DNA of 36,450 bases from Polymyxa betae A26-41 (Eukaryota > Protista > Endomyxa: Phytomyxea), in the NCBI GenBank assembly GCA_003693705.1, contig RBZT01000682.1:1-36450 (forward strand). Direction: 5' to 3'. This document shows, one piece after another, positions 1 through 10,469 of the stretch (position 1 is the stretch's first letter; each line of letters starts with the position of its first letter). The notes under the pieces were generated by a model. That model had not been told where the DNA came from, searched no databases, and saw only the letters and a list, made by a program, of their open reading frames with translations. Both the position numbers and the translations under genes were made by a program.

Positions 1-265
1 GTTTTCATCCACCGTGGCGGTAGGCCATCACCCACTGGTTTCACAGTATAGTAATTCTGCGCGTCGGGGTTCTCGAGCGACTTGGGTTGTTGTGGAGGCG
101 CCACACTGCTGGAAGGTGTACAGATACTAGTCGAGTGTTGGCTCGCGGTGGCAGTCGAGATTGTCTGTCGTGTGAGCCTTTTCTCCTCCCCGCGTATAGA
201 CGTCTGTTATGCTCTCGGGATTGGACGCAATACCAACACGCGAGCCATTTCTTACGAATTACGCT

Positions 266-499
266 TTAAATTACAGTACCTTGTTTTCCGCAATTCCAGC
301 ACCAGGCTTGGTTCTTTTTCTTGGCGCCTTTCTTTCGTTCGCTGGCCTTGAGTGCGGTCTGCACCTCTCTCAAAGCCTCAATTGCAGAAACACGTTGGTC
401 CCTGTTCAATTGGGGGTGATCAAATTGACGATCTTGGAAGTAGAACCATGGCTGAACTCTACGAGAAATGGAGATCTTGTCTATAAATGCAGAATTCAA
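266..499 (-). pseudogene. Possible zinc-knuckle (gag-like) gene fragment
   Basis: The ORF ends in KKKNQAWCWNCGKQG, a Cx2C knuckle start. A second CWYCVQSREH-like stretch lies just downstream, and there is a candidate short GT..AG intron at 481-518. No family recognised. Confidence 0.25.
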
Positions 500-929
500 A
501 GAGTGTCCATATATTTACATTGTTCATGACGGAAGGTCCGATCGGGACCGCCTTTGACTCTTCGGACTACGCGATCGATCCTGAGTCACCTTACGATCAA
601 AACCCTAAAAACTTAATATTCATTCCTTCACGCCCCCTCAGTTGAGTGTTCGTAGAACCCTTTCCCTGGAGTTGAGAAACGAATGGAAATCCTGTATTGA
701 TAGTCACGAATTTGAGGAATATAATGTTGGAGCACTCTGCGAAGATTTTGGGGAAAAATAGAAAACCATTTTCGGAGGCGCACGCAGTTTTAGGAAACAT
801 GCATGGTACTGTGGGACTCTGTGTAAGGTTATTTTGAACAAATATCCACGAAAACCTAACCAATTTGCTGCGATCTTTTCAGTTGAAGGATGGATGGACG
901 GACTTCTTTACATTCAGTAAAGTCCGTTA

Positions 930-1800
930 CTATTGGAAATGCTGCCCTGGGAGGGCTTTGGTGAATTCATCAGAGATATTTCTGGCTGATTCGAATCTCT
1001 TGAGAGTGAGAATTCGCGATTTCCTCTTTCAGAAAGTGAATTTTTAGGTCAATGTGTTTCATTGAGGACTGGTTTAAGCTGCGATGGACAGAGGATATAC
1101 AACCCTGATAGATTCAAAGATGACCAATGGTGACTGCATTGGAAAACCAATTTCGACAAGTTGGTTTCGGAGCCATTTTCCCCGTCCTTACAAGCTCGAC
1201 AGATGGGGATTAGGTTGAGTGCAACATCGGGCCCTTCTAAGACCTTGGAGACCTTCATGTTGCCGATACTCGCGGAGCAGCATCCGGTAACTGGAATCGC
1301 CGTTCCATCTGCTAGAGACATTTGGCGATCGCTCGGGTTTGTAAGGTTTCTGTTCGTCAATTTGGCAGTTTGTGATGTTAAAGATCGAGTGTCGACAATC
1401 CAAGTGTTGCGGTTAATGGATGAAGCGGCGAGAGCGCAGTTTCCCCATACTGCCTTGACATGTTCCTCTTTGTTGTCATCATTTTTCGATTTTTATTTGG
1501 CCTGCATGACTGCATCGATGATCGAAATGGCTTTCTTGGCAGCAGAGGATGCATTTGTGATGTTTGGATCCGCATTCGTCTACTGTGTTTCATTCTTCTT
1601 ACAATGCAGACATTTCACCTTAGGTTTACCCTCGCTTTTCTTCTTTGACCTGGGGCAATTCCGATTTGCCTCTTGGACCTGAACAACGGCGGGCTCGTTC
1701 TTGGCAAAGTCAATGAATGCGTTTTCCAACAAGTCGTATGTTTGGCGAACTTTCGGGCCGTCCAATAACTGCTCTCTCAGTACGTCCAGCTTCAAAAGGA
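930..1800 (-). mobile_element. Ty1/copia remnant (gag end, protease region, RNase H C-terminus), internally deleted
   Basis: Gag-like LLDGPKVRQTYDLL..KCLHCKK; protease-region WIVDT..MSLADGTAIPVTG..VSKVLEGPDVALNLI; RNase H tail MKHIDLKIHFLKEEIA (~1015-1062) and NISDEFTKALPGQHF. Stops and frameshifts present. Confidence 0.75.
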
Positions 1801-1980
1801 GCCTCAGAGCGATTGCAGAGAAGATCTAGGTGTCGTTGGCCTGGTTTCCGGTGGCTTCAAGCTGATTCCTGATGAGGCTGGCACTATCCAGGGATTCCAG
1901 AATATCTACATCTTTTGTAAGTGTGTGCTGCTACAAGATTCTGCGGCGATTTGGTCGGTTGTCGTTCGAGCCTTTTCCAT

Positions 1981-3530
1981 TGCTGACCTACGAGCAGCGT
2001 ACTCGAGAGTGGTTCTTACTTCGATTAGGGAGGATTACTGGAACTGCAGCTTGGGCTGTTTTTAACTCGATAGCACAGATATGTTGCGAGCTGCAGACGT
2101 CGACTCTCGTGCAAGGGAGCTTTCTGTTTCTACACAAATATGTGACAGTTTTTGGGTCAAGTACGTTTCCGTTCTGCCGAGTATACCCAGCCTCAGTGAA
2201 ATCCCCACTGCTGGTCGCGTGTATTCTGAAGACGAGCTGGAAATTCTTTCTGTTGCGGATCTGAAGAGATCTGTACAGCAAAAGGTTTGAGGGTCCGCAG
2301 TAACAAATCGGTTGATCAAATGAATACTGGAATGTAGTGAAGGGGAAGGCGAAGCTTGGAGGGTTATCTCTTGAAAGGGTTCTTTTTGAGTCAATGAAAA
2401 CAACTGCAATGAAATGGGATCTTTGAATGAATCAAATATTCTCAAATGGTTTCGGCCTTTTGAGAATATTTGATGGCAACTCTGCCTATAAAATCCGATC
2501 TGTGAAAGAATATGGTCTGCTTAATCGTTAAGGCCAACGAGCCGCCGCTTTTTCTCCAGATGCGGCTGATGAATCTATTTTGGCCTGTGTTGAATTCAAA
2601 ACAGTCACTAGACGAGATTGATCTGAAGAGCACCACAGAGCTATTATGATCAGGTTCGGGAATTTTCAATCTATAAATATTTAGGGCTCCGATTGGGTCG
2701 GGTCGGGTAGCTACCCGACATTTGTATGGCGAGAGAAAAAAAGATTACAGAAACGCTGTATAAACATCTTGATTGGGTGCGTTATTAGTGATTACCTAAC
2801 GTCAATGCACTTTGTGTCTCAGGCTGAAGGGAATGTCAACGCAGACTAAAATATTGTGTCCGCAGTTGATAATATCATAAATCCGACACGGACGATCCAG
2901 GAATTGACAGTATGTCTATTTCGACAAAAGATGTGAAACTATCGCATGAGATCTGTAATGTAATATAAGGATAAACAGAAGAATTCTCGCAGCGCAAGTT
3001 CAAATATTTGGCAGTACTTATTTCTCCCAATCGGTCACTTTTTCTCCCAATTAGAGATTATCAGAAGTGAAACAGGTTCGATCTGATCAGAGTAGTCAAT
3101 ATTGAAGTCTATATTTTTGAATAGTTGCGAAAGCGTCGGTGACGAAATGGGTGCTTTGCTCTTGCGGGTTGAGATAGTCGTGACATTTGCAATGTTGCAG
3201 CTTGACAAAATACACAAATGGGAGCTGAACGTAGGCCCCTGCGCAGTTTACAGCTCAATTTATTAACCGTCGGATACAGTCGGGTAGTCGGGTCGGGTAT
3301 CGACCCGCTATCCGAAACCGACCCGAACCCGACCCGACTCGGGTTTTTCGGATACTACCCGAACCCGATCGGAGCCTATAGATATTGTTCAGGATCCGGT
3401 CACATTTTAAGAATCGATACCGAAAAAGACAATCGTGCTCAACTGGGTCATGATATGTGTTGTAGCGATCTTATAACGCTTTTTTCGTACCTGCATCGCT
3501 TTCTTCCATCATTAGAGTGTTTCATAGTCG
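1981..3530 (+). pseudogene. YqaJ/lambda-exonuclease-like (PD-(D/E)XK) domain, interrupted by a hAT MITE
   Basis: Motifs in canonical order across frameshifts: EQRTREWFLLRLGRITGT, TTAMKW, VKEYGLL..AAFSPDA, CVEFKT, then after the 2682-3378 insertion RAQLGHDMCCSDL. Confidence 0.7.
2682..3378. mobile_element. Non-autonomous hAT-type element / MITE
   Basis: Left TIR TAGGGCTCCGATTGGGT; right TIR (reverse complement) TAGGCTCCGATCGGGT. 8-bp TSD TAAATATT (2674-2681) / TAGATATT (3379-3386), 7 of 8 matching. Many subterminal ACCCGA/TCGGGT repeats. Confidence 0.85.
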
Positions 3531-5049
3531 AGGTATTTTGGAATTAAGAGCGGAGCATCAGCAAAATGTCCCGTTTACTCAACAAAAATATTTGTATTGG
3601 GTGTACAACCCGCAAATTCCTGTTCCAGCATTTTCCGAGTCGAGTTCGGATTTTGTACGGATTCCCAGACTATTGAGTGCACGTTTGCTCTGTGGGGATC
3701 AGTAGGAAAATTGCTTGAGAAACGGGGCAGACCTCTTCCTCCATGAAAACAGATTCTTCCTTTTCTCGTAGCTCTCTGGAACAAGATCAAAGGTGGCGTT
3801 GATGTCTACAGCCGGGTGTTGAAGAGCTGTAAATCAGTGCATCACTGCTTGAATCCTGTAGCAGCCATCTGGCTTCGTTTGCTGATGACGTCTGTTTATA
3901 ATGCCCACCAATCGCTTCTTTTGCTGCAGCTATGACAATCGTACGTTCAATGCTCTTACGATCCTGATGCTGTTTAGTCATTTGAGTTTCTGACGAATTC
4001 TACTCGGTGTCACATTTTTCGCGACTTTCAGAGGTACAAATCTTCACTAAGCCCATTCTCAGAGTTTTTTCTGGATGCGTCCACAGACGTTCGAAAGCTC
4101 GTTGTCGTAGAGCATGTATTTAACGGTACCACAAGTGATGACAGCACACAGATTCCACAACCGGCCAATGAATTGGGGTCGGTGATCACTAGCTCGACAG
4201 TCACATACAACTAACGAACAATCTTTTCATGGCCAGGAAGCGAAAAAAACGGAAATCTGGGTCTAGTTGCTGTGCTGAACGAAAACACGTAACAATCCAA
4301 CGCACCCACGGTTAGGTCTCAAAACGAAGTTTAGTTGTGCGATTTGTGAAGTGCATCTTTGCAAAGTTGAACGATTCGTTACCTGCAGCACTCACCAACA
4401 GAGCTGCTTTGATCAATGGGACACAGCCAGCGCTCTGAATCGTCCTTGTGCAACGTCAACGGATCTTTTAGGTGTCAGAGGGCATTGAAATCGTCCAGCA
4501 CCACCTCGAAAGAGAACTGTAGATGAGGGCCCTTTTAGACGCACACAAAGCGATGCAATCGTTACTCCCGCCAGTCGTCGATCGACTCGACGTCGTACCT
4601 GAAGCTCAGTCTTCTGCCTATGTTTCAAATATAATAAATCGTGTTTGTTTCTGGCCTATGTTGAAGGATAAAACTCAATAAATTGGACTGCTAACCTACA
4701 ATTTTTTCCTATCAGGCACTATAATAATTTCGACCATCGCAATTTTTTAACACACACTCCGTGCCGAGCAGAGAAGCGAAAAATCTTTGCCAACCCTATT
4801 CCTTACATTTTTAGGTTGGAAATCTATTCTATTGACCTTCCATAATAAGATTTAAGAATAAAGGACAGCCGGTTCGCAGCAAAATTCAATTCACTTTCTA
4901 TCCTACATTTTATCCTATACTCCACAGAGTACGGGGTTAAGGAAGAAGAGAAGAGGCGACAGCAGCAGACGCTCAAAACGTCTACAGGTGCACTTTTTTA
5001 TCAATAAAATCTAATCAGCACACTCTGCGACTTACAAATACAAATTTTT

Positions 5050-5206
5050 CGAATCTCTCTCATAACGAATTATTCAAAGAAAACTATTAATTATGAGATA
5101 TGAGAGAGTATTTATTATGCTCATCTAAAATGCTCGGGATAGCCAACAACTATCAGGTATGCAGGAGAACCAGTTATGAGAGAATCAATTATGCGAGAGT
5201 CTACGG
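5050..5206. mobile_element. Single end of a pogo/Tc1-mariner-like element
   Basis: The reverse complement reads TA|CCGTAGACTCTCGCATAATTGATTCTCTCATAAC, a pogo/Tigger-style terminus, with repeated TTATGAGA subterminal motifs. The partner end was not found. Confidence 0.4.
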
Positions 5207-5505
5207 TACTGTGGCCAAATGTGAGCGCTCAATGATCAAACACAAACACTCTGATTTCCTCTCAAAGAACAACTAAAGTGATTTTTGGAATTGTCATGCA
5301 CCCCATTCTGGACCGAATTGTCCTCGGGTCAAGAATCTGATCAGCCCGTGCAGCAGCATACGCCACTGAGCATTCCCAACAGGAACTGGCGATGAAACAT
5401 AGGGGTGGAATAGCGCAGACGACCCTGAGGGCTGTAGTGAAGGATTGAGGTCACAGTCTTGTTGCTTACTCTCAGGATTTTTAGACTGCAATCGTCTGAT
5501 TCTTG

Positions 5506-5629
5506 CCAAATTTGTGGTAAATATTTATAAGAACGCGTGCTTGAAGCACGCGCAGCCTCCTTCGCAGCTTTAATTTCAGTCGCGCAGAAACGTTTGTTTG
5601 ACATAGTTATAATCGTGCCTCAAACACTT
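5506..5629 (-). repeat. Dispersed ~125-bp repeat, copy 1 (inverted relative to 9828-9954)
   Basis: Shares the perfect 24-mer GTCAAACAAACGTTTCTGCGCGAC, plus CTTATAAATATTTACC and AAGTG(T/C)TTGAGGCACGA, with copy 2. Confidence 0.85.
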
Positions 5630-6439
5630 AGTATTCTGTCATCTGTTCATCCCAAGGGCAGACTCCGTTTACGTTTACAGTCTACAGCCCACCGGGCACA
5701 CATCGCTGCGTTTACGAGGCGTATGGAATGCATTATAGATGAGTTCCTTTCTAAGAGTATCCGCTGGCGATTGGGCACTGGGCGTTGTGAAGAGTTTCGC
5801 TGTTCTAATCATTTTTGTTAATGCTCTTAGGATGCAACAGCTAGTCAAGCCTTTTTGTGAAACGACCGAGTCGTTTGATTTTCTTTGTGATATTTTTGTT
5901 TTTAATGTTGCAATCTGAACTAAAGCTGACCACCTGCAGATGGTTATAATGCGTTAGAGAGGCTTTGGATGTAATATAGTATACCTATCTTATCCATCCA
6001 ACGCTGTTGGGATGGTCTGTCGCGAACCAAAGCAAATTCGTCCTGAAGCAAGCTGTAAGCAGCCTGTAAAACTTCGGGACTCGCTGATTAATAATCGTCT
6101 CCGTATCCAAGCATGGAATGCATCTTCTCATTCATATGTTCTTCAACATTTAGAATAATCTGATCCGTGGGATCAGGAGGATTGCTCATTAAGCTATCTG
6201 CCCACTGCACGCTGTTCCCTGTTGCTTTGCGTCAGTCAATGTTGAAGATATTGAAAGACAAAGTGTACCGCATTCAAGTTCTTCGACTACATCGTCTTCA
6301 GCAATGGAGCAGTTATTTACTGGTAAGGCGTTGGTGTTCACAACAATTGCCTGGAGGGGGTCTGAACGGATGGATCAGCTAAGATAACTTGACGGTTACC
6401 AACTATTCAGATATTTGACTGTGATATCAAAGCTGAAGC

Positions 6440-8612
6440 CTAACCTGTTGACTGTTTTTGATTAGGACACGTTGTAATGTTATGCCCAGGATTTTTACAG
6501 GCCGAGCAACGTTTGCTGACCCTTTTTGTTCGATTCTCATGCATTCTGGTGATCGCGGAAGAATTAGTGCCAAAGTCTGCAGGGCGGCCAACGCTCATTT
6601 TCGGCCTCATTGGTGGTTGCAATGCTGCAAAAGTCGCAGTCGGTGTTTTGGCGCTAGCGCTTGAGGCTTCTTTTAAGTCTTTTAGGACGTTACTGCACTT
6701 AATCATTGTCAGCCTATAGACATGATCGCTGCTGTTGGAGCCCTGCTCGACAATTTGCTTGCATATCTCGTCCAGTCTGTGATAACGCCTTTGTTGGCTG
6801 CTAGGGCAAACAATTTGTTTGTATATGCCAACTTCAATGCGGGCGGCTTTGTTGACAGAGCCTTGCTCAAGGTTGAATTTAGGGTCTTCAGCATCCTGAC
6901 TCGCGGTGTCATCTGCAAAAATGTTCAAGGATTTCAGCGCTTTCTTTGTCAATGGATGACTCTCCTATCGCCAGCGAGGATGCAGGACAGCTTTACAATA
7001 GAAATCCTTTCCCTCACGACTGTACACTTCACAAATTGCTGCACAAGGTATCAGAGTCGAATAAAAATCTGAGCAGTTACACGAGGCAAATGTTGTTGGA
7101 TCCTGTGGATCATGACAACCAACGCTGTGAGAATTCTCCTGTGGTTTTCTGTGTACAACGGTCCATGAACCATCATCATGTGATTGAGCATCGACATATT
7201 GATGCACCGATTGAGCACGATCCTTCCATTTAGCATCCACGTGCTTGCCATTTTGGATCGCTTGATCAACAGTTCAAGAGCGTTCACATCCTGGCGCTCG
7301 CATATGGAGAAAAAATGCTTAGATGTCTCGAACATGTTAAAGTTTTTCATGTCTTTCTTCAACAGGGGGTCCTGATTAATTCCGGCGTTAATCGATTCCG
7401 TGCGCTATGATGCCACATGACCAGCTGTGAAATGTCGGGACGTTTTTTGTCGCTCAATTTCTCGATGACTTTCAACGCAGCAGGGAATCTGCCGTAAGTT
7501 TGTTTACAATCAACGAATGCCTGATTCAAGCTTTCGGTCGAAGGGAAAACATTGAAAATAAGGGTATTGCAATCTTTCAAGAACTGAGTCCCCATTTCTT
7601 GCGACATTCCGTTTTTGGCAGACATACGTTGTTCTGTAATGCTGGACACACAGAATATGGATGATGTCGCAATCATGCGCAATGACAGCGTATGAAGAAG
7701 CTCCGTCAATCATCAATGTTGCTGCCTTGCGGTCTAACCTGAAAGCCTGAAGCCCACGTATCGCAGCGTCAGAATTTTCTGATTCGGCAAACACAAATCC
7801 CGTCAAAACAGACTTGCCCAAACAGTCAACGTTTGTGGCGACATTTAATTTCAGATCGTAGGGTGTGATCAAGAAAGTACCGTCCAAAAGTGTGAAATCG
7901 CAGTAAGATGATGCGTACTCAGCCATGGACGGGCTCTGCAGCATTACTTCATTAATGCGCATCGATTCATGAATTTTGCAATTAAACGCTCCGCCATTGG
8001 ATGAAAGAGATTTTCCAAATTCCATAAACGGATTGATAGCTTCTGAATCGCTTCCGAACAATGCGGACCTACCATTTTTCACCATTCTTTGTACCAGAGA
8101 AGCAGAAAATTCCCGGTTAGGGAAATGGGCTTCAAGGCAACGCCGAGCTGACGCTCCTCGCATTGAGGGCAGAAGTTCGGTCATATACTTAGATTTTTCT
8201 GGCGTCAGCTCCGTTTCGTAATTTACAAGACGAGTACCGTTCACCACGGAGGGCTGTCGAATTTCGTGGCTGTGCTCCAAGCAACATTTCTCACGCACTA
8301 TTATACCTGCGTTATTTCCATATTGTCACCTTAGAGTTCAGTTACTGGCAGTGCAGTATAAATTCTTTGCTGGAAATTGTAAGTGAATTTGATTTTAAAT
8401 GTACAGTACACTTCGTGTCCGATCCTTTTTCCATTGAGCAATAAAACCAGCCACGTTGGATTGCTCTTTATGTCGAAAAGTATTCTAATGCCTTTTGTTC
8501 GCTCATGGGATTCGTCCTTCTGGCTACCCAAAAGGCCCTGGCTCGAGCGAAATCGTTCATTGCATCGACCATGGCTACTATTGTTAGGAAAGAAGCAGGC
8601 AAAGGCTCTCAA
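6440..8612 (-). mobile_element. MULE/Mutator transposase pseudogene (FAR1-like N-terminus, DDE core, SWIM, zinc knuckle)
   Basis: CTFKIKF..CCLEHSHEI; FTLLDGTF..VDCLGKSVLTGFVFAESEN..LMIDGASSY..HILCVQHY; SCNCSDFYSTLIPCAAI; KRCSACKNPGHNITTCP. Split over about six frameshifted ORFs. Confidence 0.92.
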
Positions 8613-9827
8613 TCATTGCTTGCATGAACTCCGTCTACTGTCTGAGGCAATAACATAGGATGCGATTCTATAGAAGTAAGAACAAACCAATTATCGGTAA
8701 AATTTATTACGATTGTGTGTTTAAGGCGGAGGCCAAATTCGCCATCGGGAGGGAGGGAATAAGGATCCTGTCCCCTCAATTCGCCAAAGATCTAGCTTCT
8801 GGACCTCCCTTAGATTCGCGAGTTTCGTATTTTATTTTCAATGTCTTGGCTTGGGTAGGCAACGGGTGAATCGATGTTGATGTTATCGACTCGTTTGAAG
8901 AATGATTCAGGATAGAGGCGCCGAGGTCGGGTGATCACCCCAAGACCCGAGGCTTGCGCCAACCTGCTGTGGTGTTAACACAATGGTGCTGATAGAAGGG
9001 TACAGTGTCTCTAGTCCTTGAACCACTGGGATCCCAGTTGGATCTTGGGCTCCACAACCGCCACGCGGCAGCCGCACTTCTCTTGACTGTACCATCAGCA
9101 CAGTTCACGCAACGCGGCATTTTGCTGTGGCCATTAAAACAAAAATTAAACAACCTGTGTGAGACTCGAACCTAGAGCCTGACAGTAACATCCTCATCTT
9201 GAATCTCTTGGTCTATGATGGAGCCTTTGAATCTTCATCCTTTTACCCATAATCTCGATACTTGCTGATTTCGTTCCTTCATTGCCAGATCCCAATTATG
9301 GAAAAATCCGTCCGAATTCCTACCATTTCCGTCATGAGAATTAGGGAAAAATCGTTCCGACCGCGAGACGGATTGTATCGGAGACGATTGGTTGCTATTA
9401 TACTGCTCTTGTTCAGAGGAACCGCTGTAATAATGCTGCGTACTATCAGAATCGGACAACGAATAACCAGAAGACGTGAAAATTGATCGACGAGGATGTC
9501 GGTGAGTATGATGGTGAGATCGGCTGCGCCGATTACGATGAGCGGAATCCAAATAAGCGGAGCGGGACCGTCGCCGACTACGGGAGGATAAATGCATGAA
9601 TCGCCTGCTAAGATGACGGAGTCGTTGTCTCCGAGGCGGACTGGGTGAATATTGACGTCGACGGCGGGACCCTCTGGCATTGACGGATCGACCTCGGCGA
9701 TCGTGCTGATGATGGGTATCACTAGCCCCAATCGACATGGCTGTTATAAACGCTAGCTTTCTATCTCAAGATGACAATAAACAATGATGGTATGGATAAG
9801 GAACCCAGCACGGAAACACAAATGTCG

Positions 9828-9954
9828 AAGTGCTTGAGGCACGAATGAACCCACAGTCAAACAAACGTTTCTGCGCGACAGTGTAATTAAAACTGCGAAG
9901 GTGGCTGTCGTGCTTCAGGCACGCGTGCTTATAAATATTTACCGCCAAATTTGG
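9828..9954 (+). repeat. Dispersed ~125-bp repeat, copy 2 (inverted relative to 5506-5629)
   Basis: Alignment by eye with the reverse complement of 5506-5629. Confidence 0.85.
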
Positions 9955-10469
9955 GGCAGTCTGTTGAATTGTTTTCGACATCCCGAGCCTCAATTAAGGC
10001 TCATGCCATATTCTATGACAGCTTGCCATCAATGTTGGAACAATATGGAAAACTTACAAAAATAAATGACGCATAAAACCGGTCTCGAATTGGCGGCTGG
10101 CTTCCCATCCACTTTCCAAATGCTTAGCAGGCTCATACACTCCTTAATATCCGGATCGAGTGTATTGGTGGTTTGGGTCCTTTGACATATCACACGGTTT
10201 GAAGCTTTCAGGATCGCATGGTCACGCTTAACCATAAATTCCTGCAGCAGCTTATCATCACTTTTTCTCTGCTCAAATATTTCGGATTCTATCCCCATGA
10301 TAAAGTGATCTGGCTCTATACCTGATTAGATTACTTGCCACCTGGATTATATATCTCTTTGTGTTAAAAGTTTCGTGGGGTTTTGCTAGTATAATTTCGT
10401 GGGGAAAGCTGATTGCACCCGATGAGTGGCAATCAGAGATTTGAAAGTGATGAATAATACACTTCACAT

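Larger units (their letters stand above)
1950..4936 (+). mobile_element. Decayed piggyBac-like DNA transposon carrying a YqaJ/lambda-exonuclease domain (5' truncated)
   Basis: LVALWNKIKGGVDVYSR..WLRLLMTSVYNAH (~3765-3910) matches the piggyBac third catalytic Asp region. KTKFSCAICEVHLC..SCFDQW (4321-4420) matches the piggyBac Cys-rich domain. The end reads ..GTACGGGG|TTAA (TTAA at 4937-4940). Confidence 0.7.

Noticed and set aside
3275-3378. Clustered short repeats suggesting a CRISPR array or iterons
   Set aside because: These are irregular 5-6-bp ACCCGA/TCGGGT motifs without spacers, explained as hAT subterminal repeats.
9150-9190. GGTTCGAGTC on the minus strand resembling a tRNA T-loop/B-box
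   Set aside because: No T-stem pairing or cloverleaf around it.
9235-9738. Arg/Ser-rich ORF resembling an SR splicing factor
   Set aside because: No RRM, a non-ATG start, and an overlapping ORF of similar length. Low complexity alone cannot support a call.
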